From: an uncultured delta proteobacterium
GTDB taxonomy: Bacteria; Desulfobacterota; Binatia; UBA9968
Direction: 5' to 3'
NCBI GenBank assembly: GCA_963728565.1
Contig: CAVSLC010000013.1
Location: forward strand, 288,001 to 352,000
DNA: 64,000 bases
The notes under the pieces were generated by a model. That model was not told the origin of the DNA. It was given only the letters and a program-made list of their open reading frames with translations, and made no database searches. Both the position numbers and the translations under genes were made by a program. The stretch's first letter is position 1. Every line of letters begins with the position of its first letter. Shown here piece by piece: positions 29,621-39,534 of this stretch.

Positions 29621-29983
29621 ATGCCCGGAAAAGCAAAATATTTAATGATCGCGAGCATGGACGTCGATCCGGAACACGATGCCATATTCAATGAGGTTTA
29701 CGATAAAGAACATGTTCCGAACTTAGGCAAGGTGCCGGGTGTTCTGGGCATCACTCGATACCGCCGAGGTGAGCTCACGATGAATATCGGGGGCGAGCGC
29801 AAGACCATCGAAATTCCCAATGAACCCAGCTATACCGCCATTTACGAATTGGAAAGCCCCGACGTTCTAACCAGCGCAGCCTGGGATAAAGCGATTGAAG
29901 ACGGCCGCTGGCCGAGCCAGGTGAGACCTTACACAAAGAATCGACGCCACGTGCTCCTGAAGCTTATGGAGCCGGAGAAGTAA
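29621..29983 (+). CDS. EthD/DUF4286-like dimeric alpha-beta barrel protein
   Basis: MDVDPEH..FNEVYDKEHVP..VPGV..Y.AIYELES; AGGAGA RBS. Confidence 0.8.
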   Translation: MPGKAKYLMIASMDVDPEHDAIFNEVYDKEHVPNLGKVPGVLGITRYRRGELTMNIGGERKTIEIPNEPSYTAIYELESPDVLTSAAWDKAIEDGRWPSQVRPYTKNRRHVLLKLMEPEK

Positions 29984-30074
29984 TCTTTACTGCCATTAAA
30001 TCTATTCCGTCGCGGGCCGTGCTGTGCGAGTTTCTGACGAGCTAAGTCAACTACGAAGGATGTGACCTTTACGC

Positions 30075-30551
30075 CTAATCGCGTCTTCGCGCAAGCTCCA
30101 AGAAATTGGTTAATTTTTCGGCAATTTCTTCGGCGCCGATCACTGCAGCGTGTTGCTCGAAGAGTGGAAACAGCTCGCGTTCTTCTCTGCGAATGTGCCG
30201 CTCTAAAAGGTCTCCAAGATCGAAAATCACTTTTCCTAAACCTACAGTCGTCTGCAACTTTGGAATAGCCAGACGCACGCTTTCGTGATCGCGCATAAGA
30301 TCAGCGATCAGCTCTTCGCTCTCAGGCACGTGCAAGCTCATTTTCGGAAAAAGAATCTCCTCTTCAGCCTCAAAGTGCGACCTAAGCTCAGCCGCATATA
30401 GAGTAAGAAACTCACCCGCGCGCAGTCGCAAGCCTTCCGCGCCGGTTGGTTTGATTTGTCCCAAGGCTTGCTTGCGGCAGCGTAATGCGAGCGCCAAACA
30501 ATGGTGGTGGTCATGGGAAAGAGGAATCAAGCCGGGGTGTCGTTTAGGCAT
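30075..30551 (-). CDS. Hemerythrin-like domain protein
   Basis: KRHPGLIPLSHDHH, HFEAEE..LFP, DH, HIRREERELFP. Confidence 0.9.
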   Translation of the reverse strand: MPKRHPGLIPLSHDHHHCLALALRCRKQALGQIKPTGAEGLRLRAGEFLTLYAAELRSHFEAEEEILFPKMSLHVPESEELIADLMRDHESVRLAIPKLQTTVGLGKVIFDLGDLLERHIRREERELFPLFEQHAAVIGAEEIAEKLTNFLELARRRD

Positions 30552-30617
30552 ACTGGAATGATTAGCGGAACTGTTCTGACCAGACCCACCGCTAGCATGA
30601 TGAGGCAGTACAATCGT

Positions 30618-31791
30618 TCAGATTGTCCCCTTTGCTCTCAAAGCCTCAATCGCCGCCGCGTCATAACCCAGCGAGCTTAAAATATCATCGGCATGCTCGC
30701 CTAAAATGGGCGGCGGTTTATCTATGGTCGGGGGCGTGCGGCTCATATCAACCGCATTACCGACCATCTTAACATCGCCCATTTTCGGGTGAGTGATGAT
30801 TTGCGGAAAGCCGTATTCACGAACTTGCGGATCGTCAAACACCTCGTCCAAAGTATTCAGCGGCGCCGCGGGGACATCGTTTTCAATCAGTTGCTGCAAC
30901 CATTCTTCCCTTCGACCGCGTTTAAAGATTTCTTGCATGACCTTCATAGAGGCTGTCGTAATTAGCGATTCGGCCCTGCCGATTATTAAAGCGCGCGTCA
31001 TTGCTCCACTCCGTCCTTCCGACCACCTTGAAGAGTGCATTCCAGAACTTGTCAGGGGAGGACATGTGCAGGATGAACGGCAGATTTTGTTGATCAACGA
31101 AGGCGAAGACGCCGGCGGTCGTGGTTCTATGCTTACGCCGGGGCACGTGTCCAGTTTCGAAATAGCGCGCGGCGTTTTCACCAATAAAAGAGATTGAAGC
31201 TCTGAGCAATGACGTTTCAACCAGTTGACCCTGTCCAGTCAGCATTCGATTCATGAGAGCTGCCAAAACACCGTAGCATGCGTACATACCCGTCAAGTGA
31301 TCCGAAAAGGAAATCCCCATGCCTTGAGGTTTGTCCGGATCAGTAAGTAAACTGAGCAGGCCGCTTCGCGCCTGGCCAATGGTGTCATAACCGGGCATGT
31401 CCCGGTAAGGTCCCTTCGGGCCGAAGCCGGAGATTGAGCAGTAAACGAGCTTTGAATTGACCTTGCGGACGTCCTCGTAGCCGAGCCTGCGTTTTTCCAT
31501 CACGCCCGGGCGAAAGTTTTGGATCAAAACATCGCTTTGTGCGGCCAGCTTCAGAACGATCTCCCGGGCTTGGTCATGGCGCAGATCCAAGGTTAAGCTT
31601 CTTTTGTTTCTGTTGAGACTACAAAAGGTGGCGGAGTAGTTCTTTTCACCCCACCCGCGGAATGGATCACCACGCTTCGGCTCCTCAATCTTAACGACAT
31701 CGGCCCCCATGTCGGCTAGGAGTTGCGAAGCGAACGGGCCCGTCACATAACTCGCAAGTTCAATGACCTTGATTCCAGCTAAAGCGCTCAT
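30618..31791 (-). CDS. CoA-transferase family III (CaiB/BaiF), frameshift at ~30941
   Basis: GPFASQLLADMGADVVKIE, NRNKRS, NFRPG, SGFG..GPY, catalytic D in SFSDH, PPILGEH. Confidence 0.92.
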
Positions 31792-31887
31792 TGATAACTT
31801 TCCGCCGCTGACGCAAATCGGCTTATGGGTTGAGTATCATCTTCCTAACTGTGGGTGACGTACGAAGTCAAGGGCGAGCAACGTCGC

Positions 31888-34815
31888 TCAGGCGGCATGA
31901 CGCCGTAGAGATCGGGGAATAGTGAACGTAAAGATGGAACCGTGGCCGGGTTCACTCTCAACGCGAATCTCACCATCCAGTAAATCGAGATATTTTTTGA
32001 CAATGCTTAGACCCAGCCCTACGCCATCAAATTGCCCGGTGTGAGCCTCTTTGATTTGCTCGAATTCCTGGAAGATCCGGCGAACATCTTCGCTCTCAAT
32101 TCCAATACCGGTGTCTGCCACGGTAAATTGAACGCGGTCTCTATCGCGCAGGTTGCGCACTTGCACATCGATTCGCCCTCTAGGTGTGAATTTGCATGCG
32201 TTAGCAATGAGATTCTGGAGAATCTCCTCTAGCTTGATTGGGTCAGTAGTTATTGGGGGAACCGTCTCATCGACATCCCAGTTAACCTCCAAACGGCCGT
32301 CTCGATTGATTTGCTCCACCTGGTGCCTCGCATGCTCGATCAGTTCTTCAACTTCCACTGTTGCAAGGTCCAGCGACATTTTTCTTGCTTCGATCCGCGA
32401 TAGGCTCAAAACATCATTGATCATCTTTAGCAAGACGCGGGAATTCCGCAAAATTTTTTGAATCGCTTTCCTCTGATCAGAGTTAAGAGGTCCGAAGAAC
32501 TCGTCCTGCGCCAGATCGGCATTGCCAATGATGACGTGGAGCGGCGTTCGCAGCTCATGTGACATGGCCGAGATGAACTCTGACTTGGCTCGTGTTGCAT
32601 CGAGAAGCTCCTGGTTGGTTTTCTCGAGCTCGGAAGTCGTTTTCTTGACTTCGGCAAAGAGTCTGGCGTTTTCCACCGCAACGCCGATTTCCTGGGCAAT
32701 GGACTGGATTAGCTGCCGTTCATCTTGAGAGAAGTGACGCTTGGTGCGACTGACAACATGTAAAGTTCCGGCAATGTTCTCTTTAACCATGATCGGAAAT
32801 GCGGCGGCGGCTTGAAATCCCAGCGAAACAATCTTACCCGCACTGGTCAACTCGCGGTATCCGGGGTCGTTGACGACATCCTCGAAGATAAGCGAACGGC
32901 CCGATCTTATCACCTGACCGCTAATTCCACTCTCCACATTGCGCTCGGCCATGGCTTTGGCGACTTCATCGTTGAGCCCGATTTGGCCCCGTAGATACAG
33001 AACTCCCTTCTCCGGCTCCAATTCGTAAATCCAGACTGCATCGAAATTGAGCGTCTCTGAGATCTTCCTGACAGCTTCCTTGAGAACAGTTTCCAGATTG
33101 AGCGAACGGCTTACGGCCGCGCCGATGGTGTTGAGCACGGCTAGATGCCTCGATCTCGTGTTAACCTCCTCGAATAACTTTACCTTCTCTACTGCAACGC
33201 CGAGATGCTCTGCCATGGAAGTGAGCAGGCGGATCTGATCGGTACTCAGCTTTCTAGGCGATTTGCCATTGAAGACAATGGCGCCGAAAACGCAGGACTG
33301 GGTTTTGATTGGCAGCACGCCGAAAAAGCGCAACTTGGCGTTCCGCGTGGCTCGACTGGTGCTGAGAGAGGCATAAAGCGGGCCGGCTTCAATGTCTTCA
33401 AATATCATCGGCTCGCCCGACTCGACGACTCGGCCGATCACACCCTGGCCTCTTTTGAAGGTATGCACCTCGGTCCAGTGCTCCGGGTCGACTTCAAAGG
33501 AGGCTCGCAATTCCATTTGTTCCATTTCCGCGTCGAAAAGAAAAATCCGGGTCGTTTCAAATTGGAAAATGGCGGTAATCTTATCGATAACTGCCTGCAG
33601 AATTGTTTGTAGATCCAGCGATCTGTTGACAGCAGTCGTCACTTCATAGAGGGCGCCCGTCTCCTCCGTTCGCTGCTTTACTTTCTGTTCCAATGTGGCA
33701 TACGAGGTCTGTAGCGCTTCGGTCATGTCATTGAACTCTTGCGCCAAGTCTTCTACTTCATCACCCGTCGTGATCTCGGCCCTGTGCTCAAGATTGCCAC
33801 CGCGGATGGTTCTGACCGCCTGACGGAGTTCTTGAATCGGTCGACTGATCTTTCGACTCAGCCAGACGATGATTCCCGAACCCACAAGCAGTCCGATGCC
33901 GATTAGCAAAATAGAATAACGGTGCAATTGCTCTAGATCCGCTAGAGCTTCGGCAGCAGGCTGTTCGACGATCACCGCCCATCTCAGGTCGGGTACTTCG
34001 GCGTAGGTGCTTAGCACCTGTGCGCCGTTGATCCCCGCGCCAAGTTCGGCTGGCGCAGGATCGCTGGCTCGATTCGCAAGGAAGCGTTGGACCTTGCCGA
34101 GCTGGCGAAGGTTAAGACGCTTAAGCACCAGCGATGGATCCTGGTGTGCTAGCACATCGCCATTCTCGTCGATCAGGTAGGCGTAGCCACCCCGCCGAAA
34201 ACGGCTGCCGGCGATCACTTCCCAAAGAAACCGAAGATTAACGTGGGCGATTAGGACACCGATGGTTTGTCGCGGAGTTTCCATCAACGGCATGGCGATG
34301 ACGATGTAGGGCTCGGCATGGTCTGAAGTGCGGACGGGGCCGACATAAACTTCGCCCTGAATAGCCTTTGTATAGGCTGTTTCGCCGCTCCGGTTTTGCA
34401 AATCCGAGGGTAGAAAGGCTACAATCTCGGAAGATTTGAGTTTTTCCATTCCTTGACTGTCTAAGATTGAAATCTGCCTGAAAGCCGGATCGTTCTTTAG
34501 CAGCAATAATCCAATCAGACGTTGATCTTCGCTGCCGATAGGGTAACGAGTCATAAACACGCCTGCATCCCGCAACCGCTCCAACTTGCGAGTCACGAAA
34601 TGATGAATTTGCCGCGCCGATGCCGAGGCAATTTCTGTTTGCAGCGCCGCAGTCGACTCATAGATCTGTTTCCGAGTGTAGGTGGAGCCGGCAAACGTGC
34701 TTAGCACCAGGACGCTTCCCAACAGAATCAAGCCAAAAAGCATTAAGCGGCGTCTAATTCCGCCGATATACGGTCGAATAGTAAACTGCTGCCGATCTCT
34801 CATCGCGGCGCTCAC
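31888..34815 (-). CDS. Sensor histidine kinase Cache-HAMP-GAF-GAF-HisKA-HATPase
   Basis: 2 TM, dCache (YAYLIDENGDVLAH), HAMP, two GAF repeats, SHELRTPL, NACKFT, DTGIGI, GVGLGL. Confidence 0.95.
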   Translation of the reverse strand: MSAAMRDRQQFTIRPYIGGIRRRLMLFGLILLGSVLVLSTFAGSTYTRKQIYESTAALQTEIASASARQIHHFVTRKLERLRDAGVFMTRYPIGSEDQRLIGLLLLKNDPAFRQISILDSQGMEKLKSSEIVAFLPSDLQNRSGETAYTKAIQGEVYVGPVRTSDHAEPYIVIAMPLMETPRQTIGVLIAHVNLRFLWEVIAGSRFRRGGYAYLIDENGDVLAHQDPSLVLKRLNLRQLGKVQRFLANRASDPAPAELGAGINGAQVLSTYAEVPDLRWAVIVEQPAAEALADLEQLHRYSILLIGIGLLVGSGIIVWLSRKISRPIQELRQAVRTIRGGNLEHRAEITTGDEVEDLAQEFNDMTEALQTSYATLEQKVKQRTEETGALYEVTTAVNRSLDLQTILQAVIDKITAIFQFETTRIFLFDAEMEQMELRASFEVDPEHWTEVHTFKRGQGVIGRVVESGEPMIFEDIEAGPLYASLSTSRATRNAKLRFFGVLPIKTQSCVFGAIVFNGKSPRKLSTDQIRLLTSMAEHLGVAVEKVKLFEEVNTRSRHLAVLNTIGAAVSRSLNLETVLKEAVRKISETLNFDAVWIYELEPEKGVLYLRGQIGLNDEVAKAMAERNVESGISGQVIRSGRSLIFEDVVNDPGYRELTSAGKIVSLGFQAAAAFPIMVKENIAGTLHVVSRTKRHFSQDERQLIQSIAQEIGVAVENARLFAEVKKTTSELEKTNQELLDATRAKSEFISAMSHELRTPLHVIIGNADLAQDEFFGPLNSDQRKAIQKILRNSRVLLKMINDVLSLSRIEARKMSLDLATVEVEELIEHARHQVEQINRDGRLEVNWDVDETVPPITTDPIKLEEILQNLIANACKFTPRGRIDVQVRNLRDRDRVQFTVADTGIGIESEDVRRIFQEFEQIKEAHTGQFDGVGLGLSIVKKYLDLLDGEIRVESEPGHGSIFTFTIPRSLRRHAA

Positions 34816-35840
34816 TCAAACACTTGGTCGGCTCTTAACAAGATTTCCTTGGCAATCTTCAAATCGATGGCTTTGGCGGTTCGTAGGTTCAGCACCAGGT
34901 TTAGCTTATAGGGTAACTCGATGGGCAGTTCGGACGGTTTGCTTCCCTTGAAGATCTTGTCCGCCAGCGCCGCAGCTTGCTTTCCTAGTGCTGGATAATC
35001 CGCTGCGTAGGTGGCTAGACAACCGCGCTTGACGTTGACCAACAACGAAGTCATCAACGGCAGCTTTTCTTTGATCGCTTGATCGACCACCTGCTCAACA
35101 GCCTCTGTCACTAAACTGTCGGGCGGGTGATAAATGGCATCGTACTTTTTGCGGGTAATTGACTGGGCCACTACGCCCATCTCCTCGACCCGGCGCACAT
35201 GGATTTCGGAATATCCTAGACCAAACTTTGGCGCTGTCGCTTGGACTTCCGCGACAATGGCTTGGTAATTGACGCCATTGGGATCTAGTGGAATGGCGAT
35301 CTTTTTAGTTCTTGGCGCTAGCTCCTTGAGGAGCTCGAATCGCTTGCCGGTCAGCTCCAAAGAGGCCGAACTGATGCCGGCAAGATTGTTACCAGAGCCG
35401 GAGAAGCTCTTGAAAAGTTTCTGAGAGTTTCCCGCGCTCAAAAATACGACCGGAATGGGTGTTCCTTGGGTCGCTCGTGCCGCTGCTACTGTTGCAGTCG
35501 TTGAAGAGGTAACTATCAGATCGACTTTGTCGTGGACAAGTTTATGCGCGATAGTTCGGAGCAGCTCTTCATTCCCTCTCGAGTTGTAATACTGATACCG
35601 AACGTTTTGCCGTTCACGATAACCCAACTCCGTCATACGCTCTCTAAATCCCTCGAATGCGTTGATGAACGAATCGCCGGTGTTGAGTGAACCGATAGAA
35701 TAAATTCTTTGCGCCTTGGCCGGAGACACCGCACTGGTTACCAGAGCGAACGCTATCGTCCAGAAGATAAGCAACTTAGGGATTGGTGATCTTCGTGCGC
35801 GGAGAGAATCTGTCAGAGGGGTTATCATTGCATGCGGCAT
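34812..35840 (-). CDS. ABC_sub_bind (Trp/Tyr-type) substrate-binding protein, no cognate permease nearby
   Basis: ELGYRE.QNV, VDLIVT, PVVF, GKRFELLKELAP, KIFKGSKPSELPIE, NLRTAKAI; AGGAGG RBS at ATG 35840; 4-nt overlap with kinase start. Confidence 0.9.
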   Translation of the reverse strand: MPHAMITPLTDSLRARRSPIPKLLIFWTIAFALVTSAVSPAKAQRIYSIGSLNTGDSFINAFEGFRERMTELGYRERQNVRYQYYNSRGNEELLRTIAHKLVHDKVDLIVTSSTTATVAAARATQGTPIPVVFLSAGNSQKLFKSFSGSGNNLAGISSASLELTGKRFELLKELAPRTKKIAIPLDPNGVNYQAIVAEVQATAPKFGLGYSEIHVRRVEEMGVVAQSITRKKYDAIYHPPDSLVTEAVEQVVDQAIKEKLPLMTSLLVNVKRGCLATYAADYPALGKQAAALADKIFKGSKPSELPIELPYKLNLVLNLRTAKAIDLKIAKEILLRADQVFE

Positions 35841-36198
35841 TGATCCTCCTGATCGCCTTTGTTTCTTCGCCGCAAGGAGCTCTGCAGCGCGGATTTCGTG
35901 AGTCATTGTCCGAAACCCCCATAGTGCGAGGTAAACCGGCGTGCTCTCACAGAACCCTTTGATCGTCGCAAATTAGGCTCGGTAACGACGCAGGATTTGA
36001 GCCAGAAGAGAGATGAAACAGTTCACGAGCAGCTCTGGTGATTTTCGAGGATTTGCGGGGAGTCCTTGTGAAATCTTGCGTGACGAAGAAACTTGGGTGC
36101 TGAGCGCAATAAAACGAAATCAGACTAATAACGCCATATTTGGCTAGAATGACACGTTATGGCTCTGGCGGGAATCTCGCTGTACCTGACGACAAATC

Positions 36199-36948
36199 CT
36201 ACGGCTCGGCGCCTTTACTTTCAACCGCGGCCGCCCCCCCCAGATAAGCCTGCATGATTCTGGGATTGTTCAGCATCTCCGGGCTAGGCCCGGACAGCAC
36301 GATTTTGCCGTTCTCCAGGATGTAAGCGTCATCCGCGATCTTGAGCGCTTGCCGGACATTCTGTTCGACCAAAAAGATAGTCAAGCCGCGCTCGTTCAGT
36401 TTGCGCAAGGTCCTGAAGATTTCTTGTACCAGGAGCGGCGCTAACCCCATAGATGGTTCGTCCAACAGCAGCAATCTCGGTCGTGCCATCAATGCGCGAG
36501 CAATGGCCAACATCTGCTGCTCGCCTCCTGACAGATTGCCTGCAGCGCGTTCGAGTCTCTCTTTCAGTCGCGGAAACAATCCTAGAACGTTTTCTAGATC
36601 AGCTGCGATCTCGGTTTTGTGTCTGTGTCGCCGATACGCTCCGAGTAACAAGTTTTCTCTGACCGTGAGAGTGGTAAGAATTTCCCGGCCTTCTGGGACT
36701 TGGACGATCCCATGCGCAACAATTCGGTGCGGCGGAAGTCGATGCACTTCCATGCCGTCAAAATAAATGGATCCGGCGCTGGCTTTCACAACCCCCGATA
36801 TCGTCAATAGCGTGGTTGACTTACCCGCGCCGTTGGCTCCTAGCAGTGTTGTTATCCGGCCTTGATGGAGCGTTAGATCGATACCCTTCACCGCTTCAAT
36901 TGCGCCGTAGTGGACGTGGAGACCGGCAATCCGCAGAAGCGCTTTCAT
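36199..36948 (-). CDS. livF: Branched-chain amino acid ABC ATP-binding protein
   Basis: GANGAGKS, VPEGR, LSGGEQQMLAIARALM, DEPSMGLAP. Confidence 0.93.
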   Translation of the reverse strand: MKALLRIAGLHVHYGAIEAVKGIDLTLHQGRITTLLGANGAGKSTTLLTISGVVKASAGSIYFDGMEVHRLPPHRIVAHGIVQVPEGREILTTLTVRENLLLGAYRRHRHKTEIAADLENVLGLFPRLKERLERAAGNLSGGEQQMLAIARALMARPRLLLLDEPSMGLAPLLVQEIFRTLRKLNERGLTIFLVEQNVRQALKIADDAYILENGKIVLSGPSPEMLNNPRIMQAYLGGAAAVESKGAEP

Positions 36949-37733
36949 GCAGGGCGCTCGGAAGAAATCGAATCCGGTTCGTCTTCCCGTCCCAAATACG
37001 CCTCGATAACCCGCGGGTCTTGGCGAATTTGTTCGGGGCTTCCGACAGCGATCACTCGACCGAAATTCATCACAATGATGTGCTTGCAGAGGCCCATGAC
37101 AAAGCTCATGTCGTGCTCAATCAGTAATATGCTAAGGCCACTTTGATCGAGCTTGATAATCTCATCCATCAACTGCTGCTTTTCGACAGGATTCATACCA
37201 GCCGCCGGTTCATCCAAGAGCAGCAACTTGGGCTCGGTCGCAAGCGCGCGAGCAATCTCTAAACGCCGCTGCGCGCCGTAAGAAAGCGTGCCTGCTGCCT
37301 GCTCAGCCGTGTCGAGTAGGCTGACTCTGCGCAAGAGCTCGCGCGCGAGCTCTTCTTCGCGCTGTCTCGAGTGACGCACACCGCGAGCCGAAAGAAGCAC
37401 ACGTGCCGGACTATGGTTGCGTTGCGGCCTGATTGCGACAAGAACATTTTCCAAGACAGACATTTCTTTAAAGATGCGGATATTCTGAAAGGTGCGTGCG
37501 ACACCGCAACGGTTGACCTGATAAGGAGCCATGCCGTTTAGCTCACGTCCTAAGAATTCGATCTTCCCCTCACTCGGCAGCAGTAAGCCTGTGATGAGAT
37601 TGAATACGGTTGTCTTCCCCGCTCCATTCGGGCCGATCAACCCAACAATTCCCCGCTCTGGTAGTATCAAGCTGACGTTTTGGAGCACTTGGAGGCCGCC
37701 GAAACTTTTTGAGAGACTCGACAAACTCAGCAT
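36945..37733 (-). CDS. livG: Branched-chain amino acid ABC ATP-binding protein
   Basis: GPNGAGKT, ARTFQNI, LSYG, DEPAAGMN, EHDM. Confidence 0.93.
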   Translation of the reverse strand: MLSLSSLSKSFGGLQVLQNVSLILPERGIVGLIGPNGAGKTTVFNLITGLLLPSEGKIEFLGRELNGMAPYQVNRCGVARTFQNIRIFKEMSVLENVLVAIRPQRNHSPARVLLSARGVRHSRQREEELARELLRRVSLLDTAEQAAGTLSYGAQRRLEIARALATEPKLLLLDEPAAGMNPVEKQQLMDEIIKLDQSGLSILLIEHDMSFVMGLCKHIIVMNFGRVIAVGSPEQIRQDPRVIEAYLGREDEPDSISSERPA

Positions 37734-37739
37734 GTGCCA

Positions 37740-38597
37740 TTACCGCCGGCCTGTTGGCGACCGCCGTCCTAGAAGTATCAAACCCCAGAGCCCCCGCGGC
37801 GAGTACAACATGATTAGAATCAAGATTATGCCATTGATCAATGGTCTATAGTCACCCAGTCCGCGCAAGAGTTCCGGCAAAACGGTGATCAACACGCCGC
37901 CGAGGACGGCGCCCCATGGACTCCCGGCACCGCCAAGAACACCCATCGCAAGAATTTCCACGCCACGGTCGAAACCATATTCATTGGGACTGATAAAGAA
38001 TGTGAAATGGGCATTAAGTCCGCCGGCTAACCCGGCCAGAGCAGCGCCGCTCACGAAGGCAAACAACTTATAGCCACGGACGTTGATCCCGATCACCTCA
38101 GTGGCGACTTCATCTTGCCGAATTGCCGCCATGGTGCGACCGAACCGCGAATGCGCAGCTCGCAACAAAACGTAAACCGCACCACAGACAGCGACTGCTA
38201 CAGAAAACCAGCTTGTCAACTGCGGAATACCATTGAGCCCAAGGGCGCCGCCTGTTAGATCTTCCGTATTGAGAATCGCTATGCGCACGACTTCACCAAA
38301 TGCCAGAGTCGCCATTGCCAAATAAACACCCGAGAGTTTAAGGGTCGGACGCCCGATTACAAGCGCCACCAGAGCCGACAGCAATGCGCCGAGAACCAGC
38401 GCTGGGAAAAATGATGTCACGCTGTGCAAAGTAAGAAGCGCGGAACTATAGGCCCCTATAGCCATGAATGCCGCGTTAGCTACGCTTAACAGGCCGCAGG
38501 ATAGAGTCAGATAAATGGACAAGGCCAGGAGCACGTTAGTACCGATAGAGAGGACTAGCGTATTGTAGGTTGCCCAAAAGCTATCGAGCCATTCCAT
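37740..38597 (-). CDS. livM: Branched-chain amino acid ABC permease
   Basis: GVYLAMATLAFGE, TGGALG, AIRQDE, VLPELLR. Confidence 0.9.
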   Translation of the reverse strand: MEWLDSFWATYNTLVLSIGTNVLLALSIYLTLSCGLLSVANAAFMAIGAYSSALLTLHSVTSFFPALVLGALLSALVALVIGRPTLKLSGVYLAMATLAFGEVVRIAILNTEDLTGGALGLNGIPQLTSWFSVAVAVCGAVYVLLRAAHSRFGRTMAAIRQDEVATEVIGINVRGYKLFAFVSGAALAGLAGGLNAHFTFFISPNEYGFDRGVEILAMGVLGGAGSPWGAVLGGVLITVLPELLRGLGDYRPLINGIILILIMLYSPRGLWGLILLGRRSPTGRR

Positions 38598-38648
38598 GCT
38601 CCGGTGTTTGCGGTTCTCTCAGGGAGAGTGATCAAGCGTTTAAGGTTG

Positions 38649-39530
38649 TTATGCGTGGCGCTGGGCGGCACTTCCAAACAGACCATGAGGCCGAAGCAGC
38701 AGAATGGCGAAGAGCAGACCGAAGGCGACGGCATCACGCATGCTCGAGCCAATGTAAGCGACTGAGAAAACCTCCGCAAATCCAAGAAAAAAACCGCCCA
38801 ATAAAGCGCCCCGCATGTCGCCCATTCCGCCGAGAATCACAACTGCGATTCCCTTATGCAATATGGGCTGGCCCATCGAAGGGAACACAGCGTTAGTGTA
38901 TAAGGCGATCAGAACGCCGGCGGCGCCGCCGAGCAGCGCCGCGATCACCGATGTGAGCCGAAACAGCCCCTCAACGTTGATTCCTAGGAATGCGGCCGCT
39001 CTAGGAGATTCCGCCAAGCCACGCACTGCGCAGCCGATGCGAGTCCGCCGCAGCCCCCAGAGTAATACACCCATGAGGACAAAGGCCAAGACAACTATTT
39101 CCAGTTCCAGCCAAGTGATTTGCGCGCCGGGTATGCTCAACGTCTGGACCGGCAATGTCTCAAGCGGAAAGCGCAAGTTTTGCGCGCCAAAATAACCCTC
39201 GATGGAGCTATTTAGCGCGATAGCGAAACCGATGGTTGCAATCATCGGCGCCAGGTGCGGTGCCTGACGCGCTCGCAACGGCGCGAAGATCAGCTTGTCG
39301 AGAACCCAACCGCTAGCGCCCGTAATCAACATCGCAATCAGGATGGCTGCGGGCAGCGGCAGATCTAAAAGCACGACTGCTTGCAAAGCAGAATACGCGC
39401 CGAGCATGAATACCGCGCCATGGGCCAGATTCACCACTCCCAATACGCCGAACACCAATGTAAACCCCAGCGCAAATAGCGCATAGACTCCACCCAGGGA
39501 AAGAGCATTGATGAACTGCTGCGCGAGCAT
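38649..39530 (-). CDS. livH: Branched-chain amino acid ABC permease
   Basis: YALFALGFTLVFGVLGVVNLAHG, VILGGMG, LLRPHGLFG. Confidence 0.92.
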   Translation of the reverse strand: MLAQQFINALSLGGVYALFALGFTLVFGVLGVVNLAHGAVFMLGAYSALQAVVLLDLPLPAAILIAMLITGASGWVLDKLIFAPLRARQAPHLAPMIATIGFAIALNSSIEGYFGAQNLRFPLETLPVQTLSIPGAQITWLELEIVVLAFVLMGVLLWGLRRTRIGCAVRGLAESPRAAAFLGINVEGLFRLTSVIAALLGGAAGVLIALYTNAVFPSMGQPILHKGIAVVILGGMGDMRGALLGGFFLGFAEVFSVAYIGSSMRDAVAFGLLFAILLLRPHGLFGSAAQRHA

Positions 39531-39534
39531 GGGT

